Below, piece by piece: positions 38,801 to 55,800 of a DNA stretch of 64,000 bases. The stretch is from Eledone cirrhosa (Eukaryota): contig OZ024740.1 in NCBI GenBank assembly GCA_964016885.1, positions 88,164,001-88,228,000 on the forward strand, read 5' to 3'. Position 1 is the first letter of the stretch, and each line of letters begins with the position of its first letter. Both the position numbers and the translations under genes were made by a program. The notes beneath the pieces were generated by a model, which had not been told where the DNA came from, searched no databases, and was given only the letters and a program-made list of their open reading frames with translations.

Positions 38801-41800
38801 GTTGTGGTAGAAGTATGACAGTAACAACAACAACACTGACACAGCAACATGTTGTGGTAGAGATAACGGTGTCAGTAACACCAGTAATACAATGACATGT
38901 TGTGGTAGAAGTATGACAGTAACAACAACAACACTGACACAGCAACATGCTGTGGTAGAGATAACGGTGTCAGTAACACCAGTAATACAATGACATGTTG
39001 TGGTAGAAGTATGACAGTAACAATAACAACACTGACACAGCAACATGCTGTGGTAGAGATGACGGTGTCACTAACACCAGTAATACAATGACATGTTGTG
39101 GTAGAAGTATGACAGTAACAACAACACTGACACAGCAACATGTTGCGGTAGAGATAAGTGTCAGTAACACCAGTAATACAATGACATATTGTGGTAGAAG
39201 TATGACAGTAACAACAACAACACTGACACAGCAACATGTTGTGGTAGAGATAACAGTGTCAGTAACACCAGTAACACAATGACATGTTGTGTTAGAAGTA
39301 TGACAGTAACAACAACAACACTGACACAGCAACATGTTGTGGTAGAGATTACAGTGTCAGTAACACCAGTAACACAATGACATGTTGTGTTAGAAGTATG
39401 ACAGTAACAACAACAACACTGACACAGCAACATGTTGTGGTAGAGATAACAGTGTCAGTAACACCAGTAACACAATGACATGTTGTGTTAGAAGTATGAC
39501 TGTAACAACAACAACACTGACACAGCAACATGTTGTGGTAGATATTACAGTGTCAGTAACACCAGTAACACAATGACATGTTGTGTTAGAAGTATGACAG
39601 TAACAACAACAACACTGACACAGCAACATGTTGTGGTAGAGATAACAGTGTCAGTAACACCAGTAACACAATGACATGTTGTGTTAGAAGTATGACAGTA
39701 ACAAGAACAACACTGACACAGCAACATGCTGTGGTAGAGATAACAGTGTCAGTAACACCAGTAACAGAATGACATGTTGTGTTAGAAGTATGACACTAAT
39801 AACAACAACACTGACACAGCAACATGCTGTGGTAGCGATAACAGTGTCAGTAACACCAGTAACACAATGACATGTTGTGGTAGAAGTATGACAGTAACAA
39901 CAACACTCACACAGCAACATGCTGTGGTAGAAATAACGGTGTCAGTAACACCAGTAATACAATGACATGTTGTGGTAGAAGTATGACTGTAACAACAACA
40001 CTCACACAGCAACATGCTGTGGTAGAAATAACGGTGTCAGTAACACCAGTAATACAATGACATGTTGTGGTAGAAGTATGACAGTAACAGCAACAACACT
40101 GACACAGCAACATGTTGTGGTAGAGATAACAGTGTCAGTAACACCAGTAATACAATGACATGTTGTGGTAGAAGTATGACAGTAACAACAACAACACTGA
40201 CACAGCAACATGTCGTGGTAGAGATAACAGTGTCAGTAACACCAGTAATACAATGACATGTTGTGGTAGAAGTATGACAGTAACAACTACAACACTGACA
40301 CAGCAACATGCTGTGGTAGAAATAACGGTGTCAGTAACACCAGTAATACAATGACATGTTGTGGTAGAAGTATGACAGTAACAACAACAACACTGACACA
40401 GCAACATGTCGTGGTAGAGATAACAGTGTCAGTAACACCAGTAATACAATGACATGTTGTGGTAGAAGTATGACAGTAACAACAACACTGACACAGCAAC
40501 ATGTTGTGGTAGAGATAACAGTGTCAGTAACACCAGTAATACAATGACATGTTGTGGTAGAAGTATGACAGTAACAATAACAACACTGACACAGCAACAT
40601 GCTGTGGTAGAGATGACGGTGTGAGTAACACCAGTAATACAATGACATGTTTAACACCAGTAATACAATGACATGTTGTGGTAGAATTATGACAGTAACA
40701 ACAACAACACTGACACAGCAACATGTTGTGGTAGAGATAACAGTGTCAGTAACACCAGTAATACAATGACATGTTGTGGTAGAAGTATGACAGTAACAAC
40801 AACAACACTGACACAGAAACATGCTGTGGTAGAGATGACGGTGTCAGTAACACCAGTAATACAATGACATGTTGTGGTAGAAGTATGACATTAACAACAA
40901 CAACACTGACACAGCAACATGTTGTGGTAGAGATTACAGTGTCAGTAACACCAGTATTACAATGACATGTTGTGGTAGAAGTATGACAGTAACAACAACA
41001 ACACTGACACAGCAACATGTTGTGGTAGAGATTACAGTGTCAGTAACACCAGTAATACAATGACATGTTGTGGTAGAAGTATGACAGTAACAACAACAAC
41101 ACTGACACAGCAACATGTTGCGGTAGAGATAACAGTGTCAGTAACACCAGTAATACAATGACATGTTGTGGTAGAAGTATGACAGTAACAACAACACTGA
41201 CACAGCAACAGGCTGTGGTAGAGATTACAGTGTCAGTAACACCATTAATACAATGACATGTTGTGGTAGAAGTATGACAGTAACAACAACAACACTGACA
41301 CAGCAACATGTTGCGGTAGAGATAACAGTGTCAGTAACACCAGTAATACGATGACATGTTGTGGTAGAAGTATGACAGTAACAACAACACTGACACAGCA
41401 ACAGGCTGTGGTAGAGATTACAGTGTCAGTAATACCAGTAATACAATGACATGTTGTGGTAGAAGTATGACAGTAACAACAACAACACTGACACAGCAAC
41501 ATGCTGTGGTAGAGATAACGGTGTCAGTAACACCAGTAATACAATGGCATGTTATGGTAGAAGTATGACAGTAACAACAACAACACTGACACAGCAACAT
41601 GTTGTGGTAGAGATAACGGTGTCAGTAACACCAGTAATACAATGGCATGTTGTGGTAGAAGTATGACAGTAACAACAACAACACTGACACAGCAACATGT
41701 TGTGGTAGAGATAACGGTGTCAGTAACACCAGTAATACAATGGCATGTTGTGGTAGAAGTATGACAGTAACAACAACACTGACACAGCAACATGTTGTGG

Positions 41801-44800
41801 TAGAGATAACGGTGTCAGTAACACCAGTAATACAATGACATGTTGTGGTAGAAGTATGACAGTAACAACAACAGGACTGACACAGCAACATGTTGTGGTA
41901 GAGATAACGGTGTCAGTAACACCAGTAATACAATGACATGTTGTGGTAGAAGTATGACAGTAACAACAACAACACTGACACAGCAACATGCTGTGGTAGA
42001 GATTACAGTGTCAGTAACACCAGTAATACAATGACATGTTGTGGTAGAAGTATGACAGTAACAACAACACTGACACAGCAACATGCTGTGGTAGAGATAA
42101 CAGTGTCAGTAACACCAGTAATACAATGACATGTTGTGGTAGAAGTATGACAGTAACAACAACACTGACACAGCAACATGCTGTGGTAGAGATAATAGTG
42201 TCAGTAACACCAGTAATACAATGACATGTTGTGGTAGAAGTATGACAGTAACAACAACACTGACACAGCAACATGCTGTGGTAGAGATTACAGTGTCAGT
42301 AACACCAGTAATACAATGACATGTTGTGTTAGAAGTATGACAGTAACAACAACAACACTGACACAGCAACATGCTGTGGTAGAGATTACAGTGTCAGTAA
42401 CACCAGTAATACAATGACATGTTGTGGTAGAAGTATGACAGTAACAACAACAACACTGACACAGGAACATGCTGTGGTAGAGATAATAGTGTCAGTAACA
42501 CCAGTAATACAATGACATGTTGTGGTAGAAGTATGACAGTAACAACAACACTGACACAGCAACATGCTGTGGTAGAAGTAACAGTGGCAGTAACACCAGT
42601 AATACAATGACATGTTGTGGTAGAAGTATGACAGTAACAACAACAACACTGACACAGCAACATGCTGTGGTAGAGATAATAGTGTCAGTAACACCAGTAA
42701 TACAATGACATGCTGTGGTAGAAGTATGACAGTAACAACAACACTGACACAGCAACATGCTGCGGTAGAAGTAACAGTGGCAGTAACACCAGTAATACAA
42801 TGACATGTTGTGGTAGAAGTATGACAGTAACAACAACAACACTGACACAGCAACATGCTTTGGTAGAGATAATAGTGTCAGTAACACCAGTAATACAATG
42901 ACATGTTGTGGTAGAAGTATGACAGTAACAACAACACTGACACAGCAACATGCTGTGGTAGAGATAACGGTGTCAGTAACACCAGTAATACAATGACATG
43001 TTGTGGTAGAAGTATGACAGTAACAACAACACTGACACAGCAACATGCTGTGGTAGAGATAACAGTGTCAGTAACACCAGTAATACAATGACATGTTGTG
43101 GTAGAAGTATGATAGTAACAACAACACTGACACAGCAACATGCTGTGGTAGAAGTAACAGTGGCAGTAACACCAGTAATACAATGACATGTTGTGGTAGA
43201 AGTATGACAGTAACAACAACAACACTGACACAGCAACATGCTTTGGTAGAGATAATAGTGTCAGTAACACCAGTAATACAATGACATGTTGTGGTAGAAG
43301 TGTGACAGTAACAACAACACTGACACAGCAACATGTTGTGGTAGAGATTACAGTGTCAATAACACCAGTAATACAATGACATGTTGTGGTAGAAGTATGA
43401 CAGTAACAACAACAACACTGACACAGCAACATGTTGTGGTAGAGATTACAGTGTCAGTAACACCAGTAATACAATGACATGTTGTGGTAGAAGTATGACA
43501 GTAACAACAACAACACTGACACAGCAACATGCTGTGGTAGAGATTACAGTGTCAGTAACACCAGTAATACAATGACATGTTGTGGTAGAAGTATGATAGT
43601 AACAACAACACTGACACAGCAACATGCTGTGGTAGAGATAACAGTGTCAGTAACACCAGTAATACAATGACATGTTGTGGTAGAAGTATGACAGTAACAA
43701 CAACAACAACACTGACACAGCAACATGCTGTGGTAGAGATAACAGTGTCAGTAACACCAGTAATACAATGACATGTTGTGGTAGAAGTATGACAGTAACA
43801 ACAACAACACTGACACAGCAACATGTTGTGGTAGAGATAACAGTGTCAGTAGCACCAGTAATACAATGACATGTTGTGGTAGAAGTATGACAGTAACAAC
43901 AACAACACTGACACAACAACATGTTGTGGTAGAGACAACAGAGTCAGTAACACCAGTAATACAATGACATGTTGTGGTAGAAGTATGACAGTAACAACAA
44001 CAACACTGACACAGCAACAGGCTGTGGTAGAGATAATAGTGTCAGTAACACCAGTAATACAATGACATGTTGTGGTAGAAGTATGACAGTAACAACCACA
44101 CTGACACAGCAACATGCTGTGGTAGAGATAACAGTGTCAGTAACACCAGTAATACAATGACATGTTGTGGTAGAAGTATGACAGTAACAACAACACTGAC
44201 ACAGCAACATGCTGTGGTAGAGATAACAGTGTCAGTAACACCAGTAATACAATGACATGTTGTGGTAGAAGTATGATAGTAACAACAACACTGACACAGC
44301 AACATGTCGTGGTAGAGATTACAGTGTCAATAACACCAGTAATACAATGACATGTTGTGGTAGAAGTTTGACAGTAACAACAACAACACTGACACAGCAA
44401 CATGCTGTGCTAGAGATAACAGTGGCAGTAACACCAGTAATACAATGACATGTTGTGGTAGAAGTATGACAGTAACAACAACAACACTGACACAGCAACA
44501 TGTGGTAGAGATAACTGTGTCAGTAACACCAGTAATACAATGACATGTTGTGGTAGAAGTATGACAGTAACAACAACACTGACACAGCAACATGCTGTGG
44601 TAGAGATTACAGTGTCAGTAACACCAGTAATACAATGACATGTTGTGGTAGAAGTATGATAGTAACAACAACACTGACACAGCAACATGCTGTGGTAGAG
44701 ATAGCAGTGTCAGTAACACCAGTAATACAATGACATGTTGTGGTAGAAGTATGACAGTAACAACAACAACAACACTGACACAGCAACATGCTGTGGTAGA

Positions 44801-47700
44801 GATAATAGTGTCAGTAACACCAGTAATACAATGACATGTTGTGGTAGAAGTATGACAGTAACAACAACAACACTGACACAGCAACATGTTGTGGTAGAGA
44901 TAACAGTGTCAGTAGCACCAGTAATACAATGACATGTTGTGGTAGAAGTATGACAGTAACAACAACAACACTGACACAACAACATGTTGTGGTAGAGATA
45001 ACAGAGTCAGTAACACCAGTAATACAATGACATGTTGTGGTAGAAGTATGACAGTAACAGCAACACTGACACAGCAACATGCTGTAGTAGAGATTACAGT
45101 GTCAGTAACACCAGTAAAACAATGACATGTTGTGGTAGAAGTATGACAGTAACAACAACACTGACACAGCAACATGCTGTGGTAGAGATAACAGTGTCAG
45201 TAACACCAGTAATACAATGACATGTTGTGGTAGAAGTATGATAGTAACAACAACACTGACACAGCAACATGATGTGGTAGAAGTAACAGTGGCAGTAACA
45301 CCAGTAATACAATGACATGTTGTGGTAGAAGTATGACAGTAACAACAACAACACTGACACAGCAACATGCTTTGGTAGAGATAATAGTGTCAGTAACACC
45401 AGTAATACAATGACATGTTGTGGTAGAAGTGTGACAGTAACAACAACACTGACACAGCAACATGTTGTGGTAGAGATTACAGTGTCAATAACACCAGTAA
45501 TACAATGACATGTTGTGGTAGAAGTATGACAGTAACAACAACAACACTGACACAGCAACATGTTGTGGTAGAGATTACAGTGTCAGTAACACCAGTAATA
45601 CAATGACATGTTGTGGTAGAAGTATGACAGTAACAACAACAACACTGACACAGCAACATGCTGTGGTAGAGATTACAGTGTCAGTAACACCAGTAATACA
45701 ATGACATGTTGTGGTAGAAGTATGACAGTAACAACAACAACACTGACACAGCAACATGCTTTGGTAGAGATAATAGTGTCAGTAACACCAGTAATACAAT
45801 GACATGTTGTGGTAGAAGTATGACAGTAACAACAACAACACTGGCACAACAACATGTTGTGGTAGAGACAACAGAGTCAGTAACACCAGTAATACAATGA
45901 CATGTTGTGGTAGAAGTATGACAGTAACAACAACAACACTGACACAGCAACAGGCTGTGGTAGAGATAATAGTGTCAGTAACACCAGTAATACAATGACA
46001 TGTTGTGGTAGAAGTATGACAGTAACAACAACACTGACACAGCAACATGCTGTGGTAGAGATAACAGTGTCAGTAACACCAGTAATACAATGACATGTTG
46101 TGGTAGAAGTATGACAGTAACAACAACACTGACACAGCAACATGCTGTGGTAGAGATAACAGTGTCAGTAACACCAGTAATACAATGACATGTTGTGGTA
46201 GAAGTATGATAGTAACAACAACACTGACACAGCAACATGTTGTGGTAGAGATTACAGTGTCAATAACACCAGTAATACAATGACATGTTGTGGTAGAAGT
46301 ATGACAGTAACAACAACAACACTGACACAGCAACATGCTGTGCTAGAGATAACAGTGGCAGTAACACCAGTAATACAATGACATGTTGTGGTAGAAGTAT
46401 GACAGTAACAACAACAACACTGACACAGCAACATGTGGTAGAGATAACTGTGTCAGTAACACCAGTAATACAATGACATGTTGTGGTAGAAGTATGACAG
46501 TAACAACAACACTGACACAGCAACATGCTGTGGTAGAGATTACAGTGTCAGTAACACCAGTAATACAATGACATGTTGTGGTAGAAGTATGATAGTAACA
46601 ACAACACTGACACAGCAACATGCTGTGGTAGAGATAGCAGTGTCAATAACACCAGTAATACAATGACATGTTGTGGTAGAAGTATGACAGTAACAACAAC
46701 AACAACACTGACACAGCAACATGCTGTGGTAGAGATAATAGTGTCAGTAACACCAGTAATACAATGACATGTTGTGGTAGAAGTATGACAGTAACAACAA
46801 CAACACTGACACAGCAACATGTTGTGGTAGAGATAACAGTGTCAGTAGCACCAGTAATACAATGACATGTTGTGGTAGAAGTATGACAGTAACAACAACA
46901 ACACTGACACAACAACATGTTGTGGTAGAGATAACAGAGTCAGTAACACCAGTAATACAATGACATGTTGTGGTAGAAGTATGACAGTAACAACAACACT
47001 GACACAACAACAGGCTGTGGTAGAGATTACAGTGTCAGTAACACCAGTAATACAATGACATGTTGTGGTAGAAGTATGACAGTAACAACAACAACACTGA
47101 CACAGCAACATGTTGCGGTAGAGATAACAGTGTCAGTAACACCAGTAATACGATGACATGTTGTGGTAGAAGTATGACAGTAACAACAACACTGACACAG
47201 CAACAGGCTGTGGTAGAGATTACAGTGTCAGTAACACCAGTAATACAATGACATGTTGTGGTAGAAGTATGACAGTAACAACAACAACACTGACACAGCA
47301 ATATGTTGTGGTAGATTACAGTGTCAGTAACACCAGTAATACAATGACATATTGTGGTAGAAGTATGACAGTAACAACAACAACACTGACACAGCAACAT
47401 GTTGTGGTAGAGATAACAGTGTCAGTAACACCAGTAACACAATGACATATTGTGGTAGAAGTATGACAGTAACAACAACACTCACACAGCAACATGCTGC
47501 GGTAGAAATAACGGTGTCAGTAACACCAGTAATACAATGACATGTTGTGGTAGAAGTATGACAATAACAGCAACAACACTGACACAGCAACATGTTGTGG
47601 TAGAGATAACAGTTTCAGTAACACCAGTAATACAATGACATGTTGTGGTAGAAGTATGACAGTAACAACAACAACACTGACACAGCAACATGTTGTGGTA
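31400..47700. repeat. Long higher-order repeat, period ~9.2-9.6 kb (~95-99 monomers)
   Basis: Collinear variant series at offsets 9529 (31405/40934), 9624 (33724/43348), 9428 (36351/45779) and 9235 (37108/46343). The offset steps are whole monomers. Confidence 0.8.
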
Positions 47701-50700
47701 GAGATTACAGTGTCAGTAACACCAGTAATACAATGACATGTTGTGGTAGAAGTATGATAGTAACAACAACACTGACACAGCAACATGCTGTGGTAGAGAT
47801 AACAGTGTCAGTAACACCAGTAATACAATGACATGTTGTGGTAGAAGTATGATAGTAACAACAACACTGACACAGCAACATGCTGTGGTAGAAGTAACAG
47901 TGGCAGTAACACCAGTAATACAATGACATGTTGTGGTAGAAGTATGACAGTAACAACAACAACACTGACACAGCAACATGCTTTGGTAGAGATAATAGTG
48001 TCAGTAACACCAGTAATACAATGACATGTTGTGGTAGAAGTATGACAGTAACAACAACACTGACACAGCAACATGCTGTGGTAGAGATAACGGTGTCAGT
48101 AACACCAGTAATACAATGACATGTTGTGGTAGAAGTATGACAGTAACAACAACACTGACACAGCAACATGCTGTGGTAGAGATAACAGTGTCAGTAACAC
48201 CAGTAATACAATGACATGTTGTGGTAGAAGTATGATAGTAACAACAACACTGACACAGCAACATGCTGTGGTAGAGATTACAGTGTCAGTAACACCAGTA
48301 ATACAATGACATGTTGTGGTAGAAGTATGATAGTAACAACAACACTGACACAGCAACATGCTGTGGTAGAGATAACAGTGTCAGTAACACCAGTAATACA
48401 ATGACATGTTGTGGTAGAAGTATGACAGTAACAACAACAACAACACTGACACAGCAACATGCTGTGGTAGAGATAACAGTGTCAGTAACACCAGTAATAC
48501 AATGACATGTTGTGGTAGAAGTATGACAGTAACAACAACAACACTGACACAGCAACATGTTGTGGTAGAGATAACAGTGTCAGTAGCACCAGTAATACAA
48601 TGACATGTTGTGGTAGAAGTATGACAGTAACAACAACAACACTGACACAACAACATGTTGTGGTAGAGACAACAGAGTCAGTAACACCAGTAATACAATG
48701 ACATGTTGTGGTAGAAGTATGACAGTAACAACAACAACACTGACACAGCAACAGGCTGTGGTAGAGATAATAGTGTCAGTAACACCAGTAATACAATGAC
48801 ATGTTGTGGTAGAAGTATGACAGTAACAACCACACTGACACAGCAACATGCTGTGGTAGAGATAACAGTGTCAGTAACACCAGTAATACAATGACATGTT
48901 GTGGTAGAAGTATGACAGTAACAACAACACTGACACAGCAACATGCTGTGGTAGAGATAACAGTGTCAGTAACACCAGTAATACAATGACATGTTGTGGT
49001 AGAAGTATGATAGTAACAACAACACTGACACAGCAACATGTCGTGGTAGAGATTACAGTGTCAATAACACCAGTAATACAATGACATGTTGTGGTAGAAG
49101 TTTGACAGTAACAACAACAACACTGACACAGCAACATGCTGTGCTAGAGATAACAGTGGCAGTAACACCAGTAATACAATGACATGTTGTGGTAGAAGTA
49201 TGACAGTAACAACAACAACACTGACACAGCAACATGTGGTAGAGATAACTGTGTCAGTAACACCAGTAATACAATGACATGTTGTGGTAGAAGTATGACA
49301 GTAACAACAACACTGACACAGCAACATGCTGTGGTAGAGATTACAGTGTCAGTAACACCAGTAATACAATGACATGTTGTGGTAGAAGTATGATAGTAAC
49401 AACAACACTGACACAGCAACATGCTGTGGTAGAGATAGCAGTGTCAGTAACACCAGTAATACAATGACATGTTGTGGTAGAAGTATGACAGTAACAACAA
49501 CAACAACACTGACACAGCAACATGCTGTGGTAGAGATAATAGTGTCAGTAACACCAGTAATACAATGACATGTTGTGGTAGAAGTATGACAGTAACAACA
49601 ACAACACTGACACAGCAACATGTTGTGGTAGAGATAACAGTGTCAGTAGCACCAGTAATACAATGACATGTTGTGGTAGAAGTATGACAGTAACAACAAC
49701 AACACTGACACAACAACATGTTGTGGTAGAGATAACAGAGTCAGTAACACCAGTAATACAATGACATGTTGTGGTAGAAGTATGACAGTAACAGCAACAC
49801 TGACACAGCAACATGCTGTAGTAGAGATTACAGTGTCAGTAACACCAGTAAAACAATGACATGTTGTGGTAGAAGTATGACAGTAACAACAACACTGACA
49901 CAGCAACATGCTGTGGTAGAGATAACAGTGTCAGTAACACCAGTAATACAATGACATGTTGTGGTAGAAGTATGATAGTAACAACAACACTGACACAGCA
50001 ACATGATGTGGTAGAAGTAACAGTGGCAGTAACACCAGTAATACAATGACATGTTGTGGTAGAAGTATGACAGTAACAACAACAACACTGACACAGCAAC
50101 ATGCTTTGGTAGAGATAATAGTGTCAGTAACACCAGTAATACAATGACATGTTGTGGTAGAAGTGTGACAGTAACAACAACACTGACACAGCAACATGTT
50201 GTGGTAGAGATTACAGTGTCAATAACACCAGTAATACAATGACATGTTGTGGTAGAAGTATGACAGTAACAACAACAACACTGACACAGCAACATGTTGT
50301 GGTAGAGATTACAGTGTCAGTAACACCAGTAATACAATGACATGTTGTGGTAGAAGTATGACAGTAACAACAACAACACTGACACAGCAACATGCTGTGG
50401 TAGAGATTACAGTGTCAGTAACACCAGTAATACAATGACATGTTGTGGTAGAAGTATGACAGTAACAACAACAACACTGACACAGCAACATGCTTTGGTA
50501 GAGATAATAGTGTCAGTAACACCAGTAATACAATGACATGTTGTGGTAGAAGTATGACAGTAACAACAACAACACTGGCACAACAACATGTTGTGGTAGA
50601 GACAACAGAGTCAGTAACACCAGTAATACAATGACATGTTGTGGTAGAAGTATGACAGTAACAACAACAACACTGACACAGCAACAGGCTGTGGTAGAGA

Positions 50701-52680
50701 TAATAGTGTCAGTAACACCAGTAATACAATGACATGTTGTGGTAGAAGTATGACAGTAACAACAACACTGACACAGCAACATGCTGTGGTAGAGATAACA
50801 GTGTCAGTAACACCAGTAATACAATGACATGTTGTGGTAGAAGTATGACAGTAACAACAACACTGACACAGCAACATGCTGTGGTAGAGATAACAGTGTC
50901 AGTAACACCAGTAATACAATGACATGTTGTGGTAGAAGTATGATAGTAACAACAACACTGACACAGCAACATGTTGTGGTAGAGATTACAGTGTCAATAA
51001 CACCAGTAATACAATGACATGTTGTGGTAGAAGTATGACAGTAACAACAACAACACTGACACAGCAACATGTTGTGGTAGAGATTACAGTGTCAGTAACA
51101 CCAGTAATACAATGACATGTTGTGGTAGAAGTATGACAGTAACAACAACAACACTGACACAGCAACATGTGGTAGAGATTACAGTGCCAGTAACACCAGT
51201 AATACAATGACATGTTGTGGTAGAAGTTTGACAGTAACAACAACAACACTGACACAGCAACATGCTGTGCTAGAGATAACAGTGGCAGTAACACCAGTAA
51301 TACAATGACATGTTGTGGTAGAAGTATGACAGTAACAACAACAACACTGACACAGCAACATGTGGTAGAGATAACTGTGTCAGTAACACCAGTAATACAA
51401 TGACATGTTGTGGTAGAAGTATGACAGTAACAACAACACTGACACAGCAACATGCTGTGGTAGAGATTACAGTGTCAGTAACACCAGTAATACAATGACA
51501 TGTTGTGGTAGAAGTATGATAGTAACAACAACACTGACACAGCAACATGCTGTGGTAGAGATAGCAGTGTCAATAACACCAGTAATACAATGACATGTTG
51601 TGGTAGAAGTATGACAGTAACAACAACAACAACACTGACACAGCAACATGCTGTGGTAGAGATAATAGTGTCAGTAACACCAGTAATACAATGACATGTT
51701 GTGGTAGAAGTATGACAGTAACAACAACAACACTGACACAGCAACATGTTGTGGTAGAGATAACAGTGTCAGTAGCACCAGTAATACAATGACATGTTGT
51801 GGTAGAAGTATGACAGTAACAACAACAACACTGACACAACAACATGTTGTGGTAGAGATAACAGAGTCAGTAACACCAGTAATACAATGACATGTTGTGG
51901 TAGAAGTATGACAGTAACAACAACACTGACACAACAACAGGCTGTGGTAGAGATTACAGTGTCAGTAACACCAGTAATACAATGACATGTTGTGGTAGAA
52001 GTATGACAGTAACAACAACAACACTGACACAGCAACATGTTGCGGTAGAGATAACAGTGTCAGTAACACCAGTAATACGATGACATGTTGTGGTAGAAGT
52101 ATGACAGTAACAACAACACTGACACAGCAACAGGCTGTGGTAGAGATTACAGTGTCAGTAACACCAGTAATACAATGACATGTTGTGGTAGAAGTATGAC
52201 AGTAACAACAACAACACTGACACAGCAACATGTTGTGGTAGAGATTACAGTGTCAGTAACACCAGTAATACAATGACATATTGTGGTAGAAGTATGACAG
52301 TAACAACAACAACACTGACACAGCAACATGCTGTGGTAGAGATAACAGTGTCAGTAACACCAGTAACACAATGACATATTGTGGTAGAAGTATGACAGTA
52401 ACAACAACACTCACACAGCAACATGCTGCGGTAGAAATAACGGTGTCAGTAACACCAGTAATACAATGACATGTTCTGGTAGAAGTATGACAATAACAGC
52501 AACAACACTGACACAGCAACATGTTGTGGTAGAGATAACAGTTTCAGTAACACCAGTAATACAATGACATGTTGTGGTAGAAGTATGACAGTAACAACAA
52601 CAACACTGACACAGCAACATGTTGTGGTAGAGATTACAGTGTCAGTAACACCAGTAATACAATGACATGTTGTGGTAGAA
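43510..52680. repeat. Higher-order duplication, period 4734-4929 bp
   Basis: Offsets 4734 (43552/48286 to 46070/50804), 4927 and 4929. Rare shared markers: AACAACCACA (~44091/48825), GATGTGGTAGAAGTAAC (~45271/50005), AGTTTCAG (~47611/52540). Confidence 0.88.
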
Positions 52681-52814
52681 GTATGACAGTAACAACAACA
52701 ACACTGACACAGCAACATGTCGTGGCAGAGATAACAGTGTCAGTAACACCAGTAATACAATGACATGTTGTGGTAGAAGTATGACAGTAACAACAACAAC
52801 ACTGACACAGCAAC

Positions 52815-55800
52815 ATGTTGTGGTAGAGATAACGGTGTCAGTAACACCAGTAATACAATGACATGTTGTGGTAGAAGTATGACAGTAACAACAACAACAC
52901 TGACACAGCAACATGCTGTGGTAGAGATAACGGTGTCAGTAACACCAGTAATACAATGACATGTTGTGGTAGAAGTATGACAGTAACAATAACAACACTG
53001 ACACAGCAACATGCTGTGGTAGAGATGATGGTGTCACTAACACCAGTAATACAATGACATGTTGTGGTAGAAGTATGACAGTAACAACAACACTGACACA
53101 GCAACATGTTGCGGTAGAGATAAGTGTCAGTAACACCAGTAATACAATGACATATTGTGGTAGAAGTATGACAGTAACAACAACAACACTGACACAGCAA
53201 CATGTTGTGGTAGAGATAACAGTGTCAGTAACACCAGTAACACAATGACATGTTGTGTTAGAAGTATGACAGTAACAACAACAACACTGACACAGCAACA
53301 TGTTGTGGTAGAGATTACAGTGTCAGTAACACCAGTAACACAATGACATGTTGTGTTAGAAGTATGACAGTAACAACAACAACACTGACACAGCAACATG
53401 TTGTGGTAGAGATAACAGTGTCAGTAACACCAGTAACACAATGACATGTTGTGTTAGAAGTATGACTGTAACAACAACAACACTGACACAGCAACATGTT
53501 GTGGTAGACATTACAGTGTCAGTAACACCAGTAACACAATGACATGTTGTGTTAGAAGTATGACAGTAACAACAACAACACTGACACAGCAACATGTTGT
53601 GGTAGAGATAACAGTGTCAGTAACACCAGTAACACAATGACATGTTGTGTTAGAAGTATGACAGTAACAAGAACAACACTGACACAGCAACATGCTGTGG
53701 TAGAGATAACAGTGTCAGTAACACCAGTAACACAATGACATGTTGTGTTAGAAGTATGACACTAATAACAACAACACTGACACAACAACATGCTGTGGTA
53801 GCGATAACAGTGTCAGTAACACCAGTAACACAATGACATGTTGTGGTAGAAGTATGACAGTAACAACAACACTCACACAGCAACATGCTGTGGTAGAAAT
53901 AACGGTGTCAGTAACACCAGTAATACAATGACATGTTGTGGTAGAAGTATGACTGTAACAACAACACTCACACAGCAACATGCTGTGGTAGAAATAACGG
54001 TGTCAGTAACACCAGTAATACAATGACATGTTGTGGTAGAAGTATGACAGTAACAGCAACAACACTGACACAGCAACATGTTGTGGTAGAGATAACAGTG
54101 TCAGTAACACCAGTAATACAATGACATGTTGTGGTAGAAGTATGACAGTAACAACAACAACACAGACACAGCAACATGTCGTGGTAGAGATAACAGTGTC
54201 AGTAACACCAGTAATACAATGACATGTTCTGGTAGAAGTATGACAGTAACAACTACAACACTGACACAGCAACATGCTGTGGTAGAAATAACGGTGTCAG
54301 TAACACCAGTAATACAATGACATGTTGTGGTAGAAGTATGACAGTAACAACAACAACACTGACACAGCAACATGTGGTAGAAATAACGGTGTCAGTAACA
54401 CCAGTAATACAATGACATGTTGTGGTAGAAGTATGACAGTAACAACAACACTGACACAGCAACATGCTGTGGTAGAAATAACAGTGGCAGTAACACCAGT
54501 AATACAATGACATGTTGTGGTAGAAGTATGACAGTAACAAGAAGAACACTGACACAGCAACATGTTGTGGTAGAGATAACAGTGTCAGTAACACCAGTAA
54601 TACAATGATATGTTGTGGTAGAAGTATGACAGTAACAACAACACTGACACAGCAACATGTTGTGGTAGAGATAACAGTGTCAGTAACACCAGTAATACAA
54701 TGACATGTTGTGGTAGAAGTATGACAGTAACAATAACAACACTGACACAGCAACATGCTGTGGTAGAGATGACGGTGTGAGTAACACCAGTAATACAATG
54801 ACATGTTTAACACCAGTAATACAATGACATGTTGTGGTAGAATTATGACAGTAACAACAACAACAACACTGACACAGCAACATGTTGTGGTAGAGATAAC
54901 AGTGTCAGTAACACCAGTAATACAATGACATGTTGTGGTAGAAGTATGACAGTAACAACAACAACACTGACACAGAAACATGCTGTGGTAGAGATGACGG
55001 TGTCAGTAACACCAGTAATACAATGACAGGTTGTGGTAGAAGTATGACAGTAACAACAACAACACTGACACAGCAACATGTTGTGGTAGAGATTACAGTG
55101 TCAGTAACACCAGTATTACAATGACATGTTGTGGTAGATGTATGACAGTAACAACAACAACACTGACACAGCAACATGTTGTGGTAGAGATTACAGTGTC
55201 AGTAACACCAGTAATACAATGACATGTTGTGGTAGAAGAATGACAGTAACAACAACAACACTGACACAGCAACATGTTGCGGTAGAGATAACAGTGTCAG
55301 TAACACCAGTAATACAATGACATGTTGTGGTAGAAGTATGACAGTAACAAAAACACTGACACAGCAACAGGCTGTGGTAGAGATTACAGTGTCAGTAACA
55401 CCAGTAATACAATGACATGTTGTGGTAGAAGTATGACAGTAACAACAACAACACTGACACAGCAACATGTTGCGGTAGAGATAACAGTGTCAGTAACACC
55501 AGTAATACGATGACATGTTGTGGTAGAAGTATGACAGTAACAACAACACTGACACAGCAACAGGCTGTGGTAGAGATTACAGTGTCAGTAATACCAGTAA
55601 TACAATGACATGTTGTGGTAGAAGTATGACAGTAACAACAACAACACTGACACAGCAACATGCTGTGGTAGAGATAACGGTGTCAGTAACACCAGTAATA
55701 CAATGGCATGTTGTGGTAGAAGTATGACAGTAACAACAACAACACTGACACAGCAACATGTTGTGGTAGAGATAACGGTGTTAGTAACACCAGTAATACA